Shown: positions 9,886-18,371 of the stretch, piece after piece | How the letters are laid out: each line of letters starts with the position of its first letter | Numbering within the stretch: the stretch's first letter is position 1 | Origin: Mycobacterium leprae TN | GTDB taxonomy: Bacteria; Actinomycetota; Actinomycetes; Mycobacteriales; Mycobacteriaceae | NCBI RefSeq assembly: GCF_000195855.1 | Contig: NC_002677.1 | Coordinates: 900,001-932,000, forward strand | Direction of reading: 5' to 3' | DNA length: 32,000 nt | Notes under the pieces: model-generated | What the model saw: only the letters and a program-made list of their open reading frames with translations | Database searches by the model: none | What the model was told of the DNA's origin: nothing | Translations under genes and position numbers: made by a program

Positions 9886-11430
9886 TTGCTGACACTGACG
9901 AATCCGGTACCCGGCTACGCAAGGATCTCACTTGGCGGGATCTAGGCAGTTTTCGGGGTATCGGTGGTTGTCGGCCCCGGTATCTTTACCGGTAACCGCA
10001 TCGACTGCCGGCGACATCACCGGTCCGGCTATCTGTGTCGCGTTTCTGATTGCGGCGGCTACTTGTGCGTTGGCGGTATTGTGTTATGCCCACCTGGCTT
10101 CGATGCCGCCGTTGGCGGGCAGCGGATATGCTTTTTCCTATGCTAACTTCGGTGAATTCATTGCCTCGCTCATCGGTTGGAATTTGCTGTTGGAAATGGT
10201 GATGGGCGCAGCTATGGTAGCTCAGCTATGGTAGCTAAAGTCTGGTCGAGCTACTTGGATACTGTGCTCGGATTCGTTGGTGGCATACTCGGACTCGGAA
10301 CAGTGCAGGTTGACTGGGGTGCGCTGCTGATCGTATCAGTGGTGGCCACTCTGTGCGCTTTGGGCAGCAAGTTGTCATCGAAGTTTTCCGCGGTAGTCAC
10401 CGGCATCAAGATGGCGGTGGTGATTTTGGTTATGGTGGTCGGTGCCTTCTATATCAAGGCCGCTAACTACTCGCCGTTCATTCCGAGCCCGGAAGCCGGA
10501 CACGACGCAAGTGGCGTTAATCAGTCGGTGTTTTCGCTGCTCACCGGTGCCCACAGCAGCAATTACGGCTGATACGGTGTAGTGGCGGGGACATCGATTG
10601 TGTTCTTCGCGTTTATCGGGTTCGACGTAGTAGCAACTGTGGCTGAGGAGGCCAGGTGTCCTCAGAGCGATGTTCCTAAGGGGATCCCAGCGTCGCTGGG
10701 GATCGTGACCCTGCTCTACGTCGCGGTGTCGGTCGTGCTATCCGGAATGGTTTCTTACACGCAGCTCAAGACCGTACCCGGCCATGGTCCGGCAAACCTG
10801 GGCCCGCATTCATGGCCAACGGGGTGCACTGGGTAAGCAAAGTCATTTCCATTGGGGCATTGGCTGGATTGACCACCGTGGTGATGGTGCTGATGCTCGG
10901 GCAGTGCCCGGATCTTGTTCGCCATGGCGCGGGACGGGCTATTGCCGCGGGGGTTGGCGAGGACCGGTTTTCGCGGCACCCTGGTCCAGACCACCTCGCT
11001 AGTTGCTGCGGTGGTGGGTGTTACTGCGGCGGTGTTGCTGATAGTCAAGCTCGAGGAGATGGTCAACGTTGGAACATTGTTTGCGTTCGTCCTGATGTCG
11101 TCTGGGGTGGTTATCCTGCGCCGAACACGGCCGGACCTGCAGTGGGGGTTCCGTGTGCCGTTGCTTCCGATCGCATTGATTTGTGCCTCAGTTTGGCTGA
11201 TGCTGAATTTGACCGCGTTGATCTGGATTCGGTGCGCTGTCTGGCTGTTAGCGGGAATCGCAATCTACGTCGGATACAGATATCAGCACTCGGTGCAAGG
11301 CCGTCGAAAGGTTCACCAGACCCACCATGTCAACCAGATCAAACGTGACCCCGATCTTGATACCGGCAACGCATTGGTGCATGGATTTCCGCATCGTCTA
11401 AGGGAGTACAAATCAACGCGTTATGTCTAG
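9846..11430 (+). pseudogene. Decayed APC-family (cationic) amino-acid permease (Rv3253c-like)
   Basis: N-terminus MASQWRMKSVEQSIADTDESGTRLRKDLTW from ATG 9846. The reading then hops frames (VVVGPGIFTG, then VTASTAGDITGPAI). Further lesions: a 14-bp duplication at 10209-10236, an in-frame TGA at 10570, and frameshifts near 10800 and 10902. The C-terminal part, 10915..11430, is still open (FAMARDGLLPRGLA...). Confidence 0.87.
10209..10236 (+). repeat. Perfect 14-bp tandem duplication (CAGCTATGGTAGCT x2) inside the permease pseudogene
   Basis: Read directly: 10209-10222 is identical to 10223-10236. Deleting one copy fuses ORF 9932..10234 to ORF 10177..10572 in frame (...GAAMVAKVWSSYLDTVLGF...). 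Confidence 0.95.
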
Positions 11431-11500
11431 ATATTGAAGACGAAATCTGCTGTATTGCCTAGCTTTACCTACGGTGTTACTGACTATAGTGTGTTGGCAC

Positions 11501-12776
11501 ATGGCTGCAGAACTTAGACCTGACCTCACGGTGTGGCATTACAAGAAGCGCTACATTAAATGGATCATAAGACCGGATTATCCCGAAGATGCTGTTAGCG
11601 ATCCTGTCGATCATCTGGGGCATGAATCAGGTTTGCTGGCAGGATGCCTTAACGGCGTTGTTGTGAATCGGACCGTTCTTGGTCTGCGTCCTGCTGCTCG
11701 CTTTCGACCTGGAGTTTGGTCCGGACAGGCAGAACCCGGCCCGGCAAGGCATTAGAGGTATGATCAGATGTGGAGCGGCAGGAGCACATTAACAGTAAGG
11801 TAGTACTTCTAAATACTGCATGTGCACCTAGCCTCCCTTCCCAATATGCCAGCGTGATCGTTGGTGTCTACCTGTTCACGGCGTGGGGCCTGAATTGGCT
11901 GGGTTATCCGGGCTGGGCTGTGCTGACCGCCGAAAATCGGGCTGGTGCTGTCGACTGGTGTTCTCGGTGCAGTCAGCATGAACGCCGCGCACGAGATTGG
12001 GGCACAAGAAGGAAGCCCTAGAGCGGTGGCTGTCCCAAGCTGACCCCGTGCAAAGCTGCTACCGAGCGCTGCTACATCGAGCACAACCGTGTCCACCACG
12101 TCTGGGTGGCCACGTCCGAGGATCGGGCATCAGACCGCTTCAGCGAGATATTTTGGAAGATTCTGCCGCGCAGTGTTGTCCGGCGGCCTGCGCTCCGCAT
12201 TGCGGTTGGAGGATCGGCGGCTGTGGCGCCGGAGCAGAGCCCATAGAATCCAAAAACGTATCCACGCAACGACGTGCCCAACGTCTGGCTGATAGCGGTG
12301 GTGTTGTGGGGTGGGCTGATCACGGTGTTCGGCCCGGCGTTGATCCCGTTGGCGGTTATTCAGGCGTTTTACGCCTGGACCCCATGTTTGAGACGGTGAA
12401 CTATCTCGAGCGTTACAGACTGCTGCGGCAAAATACCGCGGCCGGCCGCTACGCGCGCTGCCCCTGAGCATCGGCTGGCTAATTCGACCATCTGGTTACC
12501 AACCTGTTCCTTTAACACCTGCAGCAGCACAGCGACCACCACGCCAATCCGGCTCGCCGCTATCAGATGCTGCGTAGCTTCGACGGCTCGTCCAACCTGC
12601 CGAGTGGGTACGTGTCGATGATGAGGCTGATGTATTTCCCGTCGCTGTGACGCAAGGCGATGAAGCTCGGGTGCTGGCGCACTAAATGCCCTCACCTCCC
12701 GAGCTTCATCGCCTAGGCTAACTTGCAGACCCGACTGAGGGAGAAGCTGCTGGCCAACTGTGGCGCTACACAATGA
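11501..12776 (+). pseudogene. alkB: Decayed alkane 1-monooxygenase (integral-membrane di-iron hydroxylase)
   Basis: All three histidine boxes are readable, each in its own local reading frame: HEIG/HKK (11990-12011), EHNRVHH (about 12077-12097) and LQQHSDHH (about 12517-12543). There are many frameshifts and stops in between. N-terminal relic LTVWHYKKRY. The stop TGA at 12774-12776 overlaps the rubredoxin ATG. Confidence 0.85.
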
Positions 12777-12942
12777 CGGCTGCCTAGCAGTGCTCGGTCT
12801 GCGACTACGTTTACGACGAGTCACAGGGCTGGCCGGACGATAGCACCGAGCCCGTTATCCGCTGGGATGACCTCCCCGAGGACTGGAGCTGCCCGTGGTC
12901 AAGACGGGCTTTGATATGGAAGAAGAGGTTACGCATCTGTGA
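12773..12942 (+). pseudogene. Decayed rubredoxin
   Basis: [41 protein letters not shown]... The first CxxC knuckle is intact. There is an in-frame TAG at 12785-12787. The second CPxCG knuckle is truncated after CPW, with a frame change into ...[14 protein letters not shown]. Only one rubredoxin-sized unit (170 nt) is present. Confidence 0.8.
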
Positions 12943-13573
12943 GCGCCCAAAACGATATCCTCCGATATCCTCGCGCCGGTGAAGCGGATTCCTTGATGCC
13001 GAAGCGGCGCGCGTCTTGTCGCGTGATTCGGTATTGGATGCAATAGTGAGATCTGCTGTTGACCCGAGGCTGGTCGGCTATCACTTTGTTGAACGTCGTC
13101 CGTGTCGCTAGTATCAGCCAGCAGACTATTTACAACTAGTTCGGTTCACGGTAAAGTTTAACGCAGGGCTATAGGCTGTGTCTAGCTAATCGCCTGGTCG
13201 ACAACGTCCATGCCGTCCTGGATCTCAAACGTTGGCAGTATATACGAATCGTTCCTGCAGGGTTTTCGGTCGTTTTCTCCGAGTTGGCGGCGGACCCATT
13301 AGTGATTTCGTTGCTGACCGGTGTCGCTAACCCTGGTTTGTGGCAGCTCAATCACTACCTGACAGCGAGCTTGTCATCACTCGCGCATTGGCTCGGTTGG
13401 CGACGGCGTTCACTCCGACCTAGGTTGCCAGTAGCGATGAAGACACTGGCATCCTGACGCGTTTGATGACGCCGTTCACTTTAGCGTCATGGAATCGTCA
13501 ACGTGCCTTGACCTTGACCTGTGAGGATCCAGGGCCTCAGAAAGGTAAGACGACTACAGTGACTGTAAAATAG
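12939..13573 (+). pseudogene. Decayed TetR-family regulator (Rv3249c position)
   Basis: GTG 12939 overlaps the rubredoxin stop (GTGA). The HTH relic VVRVASISQQTIYN*FGS has an in-frame TAG at 13137-13139. Several frame changes follow. The total span of about 635 nt fits a roughly 210-aa TetR protein. The 3' boundary is approximate. Confidence 0.6.
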
Positions 13574-13622
13574 TTTATTTGCCCTTGTGAGTCTCTGAGC
13601 TCTAGAAGGATCGAGGCACGTT

Positions 13623-15101
13623 ATGACGACGACCGAAAATTCGCTGATGCCTGATGTTCGTAACGGCATCGACTTCAAGGTTGCTGACCTGTCGCTAGCG
13701 AATTTCGGCCGCAAAGAACTCGACCTCGCCGAGTACGAGATGCCTGGCCTGATGTCACTGCGTCATGAGTACGCCGAAGTGCAGCCCTTGAAAGGGGCCC
13801 GTATTTCCGGCTCGCTGCACATGACGGTGCAGACCGCGGTGCTGATCGAGACGTTAACTGCACTTGGCGCCGAGGTTCGCTGGGCATCGTGCAATATCTT
13901 CTCGACTCAGGACCATGCGGCAGCGGCAGTTGTCGTTGGCCCATACGGCACGCCCGAGGAGCCCAAGGGTGTACCGGTGTTCGCCTGGAAGGGCGAGACG
14001 CTCGAGGAGTATTGGTGGGCTGCCGAGCAGATGCTCACCTGGCCAGATCCCGATAAGCCGGTCAACATGATCCTGGATGACGGCGGGGATGCCACCATGC
14101 TGGTGCTGCGAGGCGTGCAGTACGAGAAAGCCGGCGTAGTGCCGCCTGCCGAGGTCGACGACTCCGCCGAGTGGAAAGTTTTTCTGAACCTGCTGCGGAA
14201 GCGCTTCGAGACTGACAAAGGCAAATGGACCAAGATCGCCAAGTCGGTCAAGGGTGTCACCGAGGAGACGACCACGGGCGTGCTGCGACTGTACCAATTC
14301 GCCGCGGCCGGGGATCTGGCCTTCCCCGCGATCAATGTCAACGACTCGGTGACCAAGTCCAAGTTCGACAACAAGTACGGCACTCGACACTCCCTGATCG
14401 ACGGCATCAACCGTGGTACCGACTCCCTAATTGGGGGCAAGAACGTGCTCATTTGTGGCTACGGGGATGTAGGTAAGGGGTGCGCGGAGGCGGCGAAGGG
14501 TCAGGGTGCGCGGGTCACTATCACCGAGATCGACCCGATTAACGCGCTGCAGGCGCTGATGGAGGGCTTCGACGTCAAGCGGGTCGAGGACGTCATCGCT
14601 GATTCAGACATCGTCGTCACCGCGACCGGCAACAAGGACATCATTCTACTTGAGCACATGAAGGCAATGAAGGATCACGCCATCCTGGGCAACATTGGCC
14701 ATTTTGACAACGAAATCGACATGGCGGCGCTGGAACGTTCCGGGGCGACGCGGCTCAACATCAAACCGCAGGTTGATCTGTGGACTTTCGGCGACAGCGG
14801 TAAGTCGATCATTGTGCTTTCCGAAGGCCGGCTGCTGAACCTGGGCAACGCCACCGGTCATCCGTCGTTTGTGATGAGTAATAGTTTCGCTAACCAGACT
14901 ATCGCCCAGATCGAGCTGTGGACCAAAAACGACGACTATGACAATGAGGTGTATAGGCTCCCCAAGCACCTCGACGAAAAAGTGGCCCGCGTCCACGTCG
15001 AGGCCCTGGGCGGCCAGCTGACCAAGCTGACCAAGGACCAGGCCGAATACCTCGGTGTCGACGTCGACGGCCCGTTCAAGCCGGACCACTATCGCTACTG
15101 A
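13623..15101 (+). CDS. sahH: S-adenosyl-L-homocysteine hydrolase (adenosylhomocysteinase)
   Basis: Uninterrupted 492-aa ORF. N-terminus [31 protein letters not shown]-binding [11 protein letters not shown]-terminus PFKPDHYRY. Possible SD GAAGGA about 14 nt upstream of the ATG. Confidence 0.97.
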   Translation: MTTTENSLMPDVRNGIDFKVADLSLANFGRKELDLAEYEMPGLMSLRHEYAEVQPLKGARISGSLHMTVQTAVLIETLTALGAEVRWASCNIFSTQDHAAAAVVVGPYGTPEEPKGVPVFAWKGETLEEYWWAAEQMLTWPDPDKPVNMILDDGGDATMLVLRGVQYEKAGVVPPAEVDDSAEWKVFLNLLRKRFETDKGKWTKIAKSVKGVTEETTTGVLRLYQFAAAGDLAFPAINVNDSVTKSKFDNKYGTRHSLIDGINRGTDSLIGGKNVLICGYGDVGKGCAEAAKGQGARVTITEIDPINALQALMEGFDVKRVEDVIADSDIVVTATGNKDIILLEHMKAMKDHAILGNIGHFDNEIDMAALERSGATRLNIKPQVDLWTFGDSGKSIIVLSEGRLLNLGNATGHPSFVMSNSFANQTIAQIELWTKNDDYDNEVYRLPKHLDEKVARVHVEALGGQLTKLTKDQAEYLGVDVDGPFKPDHYRY

Positions 15102-15132
15102 TTCCGCTGAGCGTTCGTCAGTTGGGCCCGAT

Positions 15133-15138
15133 AGGCTC
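15133..15138 (+). promoter_or_regulatory. Candidate -10 hexamer TAGGCT (TANNNT class) placed for a leaderless tmk transcript
   Basis: TAGGCT ends 5 nt before the tmk GTG (15144). No SD sequence is present. This spacing is typical of mycobacterial leaderless genes. The hexamer sits inside a 23-nt motif that also occurs at 4626-4647. Confidence 0.25.
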
Positions 15139-15143
15139 GCGCC

Positions 15144-15776
15144 GTGTTGATCGCGATTGAAGGTGTTGACGGCGCTGGCAAGCGCACTTTGTCCGAGGAG
15201 TTACGCCAGGCGTTTGAGGCCACTGGGAAGTCGGTAGCAACGTTGGCTTTCCCGCGTTACCGGCAATCAGTAGCCGCCGACATAGCTGCAGAGGCGCTGC
15301 ACGGCCAGCACGGTGATCTCGCGTCGTCAGTGTATGCGATGGCCCTGCTGTTCGCGTTCGACCGCGCCGGGGCGGTCGAGGACATCGAAGCGTTGGATCG
15401 CAACCATGACATAGTGATTCTTGATCGCTACGTCGCGTCCAATGCCGCCTACAGCGCCGCGCGTTTGCATGAGGACTGCAGCGGGAGAGCGGTGGCCTGG
15501 GTACAGCGAATCGAATACCAGAGATTGCGGCTGCCCTCTCCCGATTGGCAAGTGTTGCTCGCGGTCTCTGTCGAGCTTGCTGGGAAGCGTTCCCGCTACC
15601 GGGCCCGCACTGATCCCGACCGGCTGCGTGACAGCTACGAACGCGACGACGGCCTTCAGCAGCGCACTGGCGCGGTATACGCTGGCCTGGCTGCCGCAGA
15701 TTGGGGCGGGCGGTGGCTAGTCGTCGATGCGGATATCGATTCGGGCTGGTTGGTAGCAACTTTGATGGGCTGTTAG
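15144..15776 (+). CDS. tmk: Thymidylate kinase
   Basis: 210-aa ORF with a GTG start. N-terminal P-loop MLIAIEGVDGAGKRT. DRY motif (ILDRYVASNAAYSAAR). Follows sahH, as in Rv3248c-Rv3247c. Confidence 0.93.
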   Translation: MLIAIEGVDGAGKRTLSEELRQAFEATGKSVATLAFPRYRQSVAADIAAEALHGQHGDLASSVYAMALLFAFDRAGAVEDIEALDRNHDIVILDRYVASNAAYSAARLHEDCSGRAVAWVQRIEYQRLRLPSPDWQVLLAVSVELAGKRSRYRARTDPDRLRDSYERDDGLQQRTGAVYAGLAAADWGGRWLVVDADIDSGWLVATLMGC

Positions 15777-15868
15777 ACTGTGTTCCGGCAGGATTTCACG
15801 GTAATTGAGCTTATCATTGTGTGAAACGCCCGTGTGGCGCCCTAGGTTTGTCCCGATCTGGTGACACC

Positions 15869-16555
15869 ATGGACATCATGAGGCAAAGGATTTTGGTCGT
15901 CGATGACGACGCTTCGCTGGCTGAGATGCTCACTATAGTGCTGCGTGGGGAGGGCTTCGATACCGCGGTCATCGGTGACGGTACTCAGGCCTTGACCGCG
16001 GTCCGCGAGCTACGTCCCGACTTGGTGCTACTGGACCTTATGTTGCCTGGTATGAATGGCATCGACGTGTGCAGGGTGTTGCGCGCCGACTCCGGCGTTC
16101 CGATTGTGATGCTGACCGCCAAGACCGACACTGTGGACGTGGTGCTGGGCTTAGAGTCGGGTGCTGATGACTACATCATGAAGCCGTTCAAGCCCAAGGA
16201 ACTGGTTGCTCGGGTACGGGCGCGGCTACGGCGCAACGACGACGAGCCAGCCGAGATGCTGTCCATTGCCGACGTCGACATTGACGTGCCGGCACATAAG
16301 GTCACCCGAAACGGTGAACACATCTCATTGACACCGTTGGAATTCGACCTGCTGGTAGCGCTTGCACGCAAGCCACGCCAGGTTTTTACTCGTGATGTGC
16401 TGCTCGAACAGGTGTGGGGCTATCGTCACCCAGCGGATACCCGCTTGGTTAACGTGCATGTCCAGCGGCTACGGGCCAAGGTCGAGAAAGACCCGGAGAA
16501 CCCGACCGTGGTGTTGACCGTTCGAGGAGTGGGATACAAGGCCGGACCCCCGTGA
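15869..16555 (+). CDS. mtrA: OmpR-family response regulator MtrA
   Basis: Start set at ATG 15869 (MDIMRQRILVVDDD), giving 228 aa. Receiver domain with DLVLLDLMLPGMNG. Winged-helix C-terminus LTVRGVGYKAGPP. The track ORF begins 16 codons earlier (15821), and that extension is not conserved-looking. Confidence 0.96.
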   Translation: MDIMRQRILVVDDDASLAEMLTIVLRGEGFDTAVIGDGTQALTAVRELRPDLVLLDLMLPGMNGIDVCRVLRADSGVPIVMLTAKTDTVDVVLGLESGADDYIMKPFKPKELVARVRARLRRNDDEPAEMLSIADVDIDVPAHKVTRNGEHISLTPLEFDLLVALARKPRQVFTRDVLLEQVWGYRHPADTRLVNVHVQRLRAKVEKDPENPTVVLTVRGVGYKAGPP

Positions 16556-16682
16556 CGTGCTGGCGGCGATTCGGAGCGAAGAGATACGGTAGGGTCTCTA
16601 CTCGCTCGCGTTGCGATGCGGACATCGGGGCACGCTCCCACCAATGTGAGGTATACCCACCCGCGTGTGGGGGACGCCGTCT

Positions 16683-18371
16683 GTGATCTTTAGTTCGCGG
16701 CGACGGATCCGGGGTCGCTGGGGGCGTTCGGGCCCCATGATGCGTGGCATGGGCGCGTTGACTCGAGTCGTGGGTGTTGTCTGGCGCCGGTCGCTGCAAC
16801 TGCGAGTTGTAGCACTAACATTTGGTCTTTCGTTGGCCGTGATTTTGGCGCTTGGCTTCGTGCTCACCAGTCAGCTCACCAGCCGTGTCCTCGACGTCAA
16901 AGTCAGGGTAGCCATCGAGCAGATCGAGCGGGCACGCACCACCGTCACAGGGATCGTCAACGGTGAGGAGACCCGTTCGCTGGACAGCAGTCTGCAGCTG
17001 GCCCGCAACACGTTGACATCGAAAACTGACCCAACTTCTGGTGCTGGCCTCGTCGGTGCCTTCGATGCAGTGCTGATAGTGCCCGGTGATGGCCCGCGCA
17101 CCGCGACCACGGCCGGACCCGTCGATCAGGTGCCTAATTCGTTGCGTGGCTTTATCAAAGCCGGGCAGGCGGCTTACCAGTACGCAACTGTACATACTGA
17201 AGGCTTCTCGGGGCCAGCGCTGATCATCGGCACGCCGACGTCGTCGCAGGTGACCAATCTCGAGCTTTATCTGATCTTTCCGCTGAAGAACGAACAGGCG
17301 ACCGTCACGCTGGTGCGTGGCACGATGGCCACCGGTGGCATGGTGCTGCTGGTATTGCTGTCGGGTATTGCGTTGCTGGTATCGCGCCAGGTAGTGGTAC
17401 CGGTGCGATCCGCGTCGCGGATCGCCGAACGGTTCGCCGAGGGGCACCTGTCGGAACGGATGCCGGTGCGTGGCGAGGACGACATGGCCCGGTTGGCGGT
17501 GTCGTTCAACGACATGGCGGAGAGCTTGTCTCGGCAGATCACCCAGCTCGAGGAATTCGGTAACCTACAACGCCGTTTTACGTCCGACGTCAGCCACGAA
17601 CTCCGCACGCCGCTGACCACCGTGCGGATGGCCGCCGACTTGATCTACGACCACAGCTCCGATCTCGATCCTACGTTGCGGCGGTCCACCGAACTGATGG
17701 TCAGCGAACTCGATCGATTCGAGACACTGCTCAACGACCTGCTCGAGATCTCGCGGCACGACGCCGGCGTGGCCGAACTCTCTGTCGAGGCGGTTGATTT
17801 GCGCGTGATGGTGAATAACGCGCTGGGCAATGTCGGCCACTTGGCCGAGGAGGCCGGTATTGAACTGCTGGTGGACATGCCTGTCGACGAGGTGATTGCC
17901 GAGGTTGATGCCCGCCGAGTCGAGCGGATCTTGCGCAACCTTATCGCCAACGCTATCGACCACTCCGAGCATAAACCGGTGAGGATTCGTATGGCCGCCG
18001 ACGAAGATACTGTCGCTGTCACTGTGCGTGACTACGGGATCGGACTGCGGCCCGGCGAAGAGAAGTTGGTGTTCAGTCGGTTTTGGCGTTCGGACCCGTC
18101 ACGGGTGCGGCGCTCCGGCGGTACCGGCCTGGGACTGGCGATCAGCATCGAGGATGCGCGGCTGCACCAGGGTCGACTCGAAGCATGGGGCGAGCCTGGC
18201 CAGGGCGCCTGCTTCAGACTGACGCTTCCGTTGGTTCGCGGCCACAAGGTCACCACAAGTCCGCTGCCCATGAAACCGATTCTGCAACCAAGTCCGCAGG
18301 CCAGCACAGCTGGCCAACAACACGGCACCCAACGCCAACGCCTGCGAGAGCACGCTGAGAGGAGCCGGTGA
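16683..18371 (+). CDS. mtrB: Sensor histidine kinase MtrB
   Basis: Start set at GTG 16683 ([12 protein letters not shown]...); an alternative is GTG 16665. Two TM segments, a HAMP domain, the H-box [14 protein letters not shown], the N-box [11 protein letters not shown] and the G-box [10 protein letters not shown]. The stop overlaps the lpqB start. Confidence 0.93.
   Translation: MIFSSRRRIRGRWGRSGPMMRGMGALTRVVGVVWRRSLQLRVVALTFGLSLAVILALGFVLTSQLTSRVLDVKVRVAIEQIERARTTVTGIVNGEETRSLDSSLQLARNTLTSKTDPTSGAGLVGAFDAVLIVPGDGPRTATTAGPVDQVPNSLRGFIKAGQAAYQYATVHTEGFSGPALIIGTPTSSQVTNLELYLIFPLKNEQATVTLVRGTMATGGMVLLVLLSGIALLVSRQVVVPVRSASRIAERFAEGHLSERMPVRGEDDMARLAVSFNDMAESLSRQITQLEEFGNLQRRFTSDVSHELRTPLTTVRMAADLIYDHSSDLDPTLRRSTELMVSELDRFETLLNDLLEISRHDAGVAELSVEAVDLRVMVNNALGNVGHLAEEAGIELLVDMPVDEVIAEVDARRVERILRNLIANAIDHSEHKPVRIRMAADEDTVAVTVRDYGIGLRPGEEKLVFSRFWRSDPSRVRRSGGTGLGLAISIEDARLHQGRLEAWGEPGQGACFRLTLPLVRGHKVTTSPLPMKPILQPSPQASTAGQQHGTQRQRLREHAERSR

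Noticed and set aside
13854-14452. 178-aa and 181-aa minus-strand ORFs inside sahH
   Set aside because: They are antisense to one of the most conserved enzymes in the window. Their composition is typical of GC-skewed shadow frames.
15118-15759. 213-aa minus-strand ORF covering all of tmk
   Set aside because: Antisense shadow ORF that is extremely Arg/Pro-rich. tmk on the plus strand has a P-loop and full-length homology.
15794-15868. TTTCAC-N21-GTGAAA inverted hexamers and the odd palindrome GGTGACACC abutting the mtrA ATG, considered as MtrA autoregulatory sites
   Set aside because: Six-base arms and 4+4 palindromes occur by chance many times in 32 kb. The resemblance to reported MtrA half-sites is loose. 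The sequence alone gives no support.
16815-17447. 210-aa minus-strand ORF inside mtrB, plus similar ones at 17565-17972 and 17645-18022
   Set aside because: Antisense shadow ORFs. The plus strand encodes a complete histidine kinase with all of its boxes.
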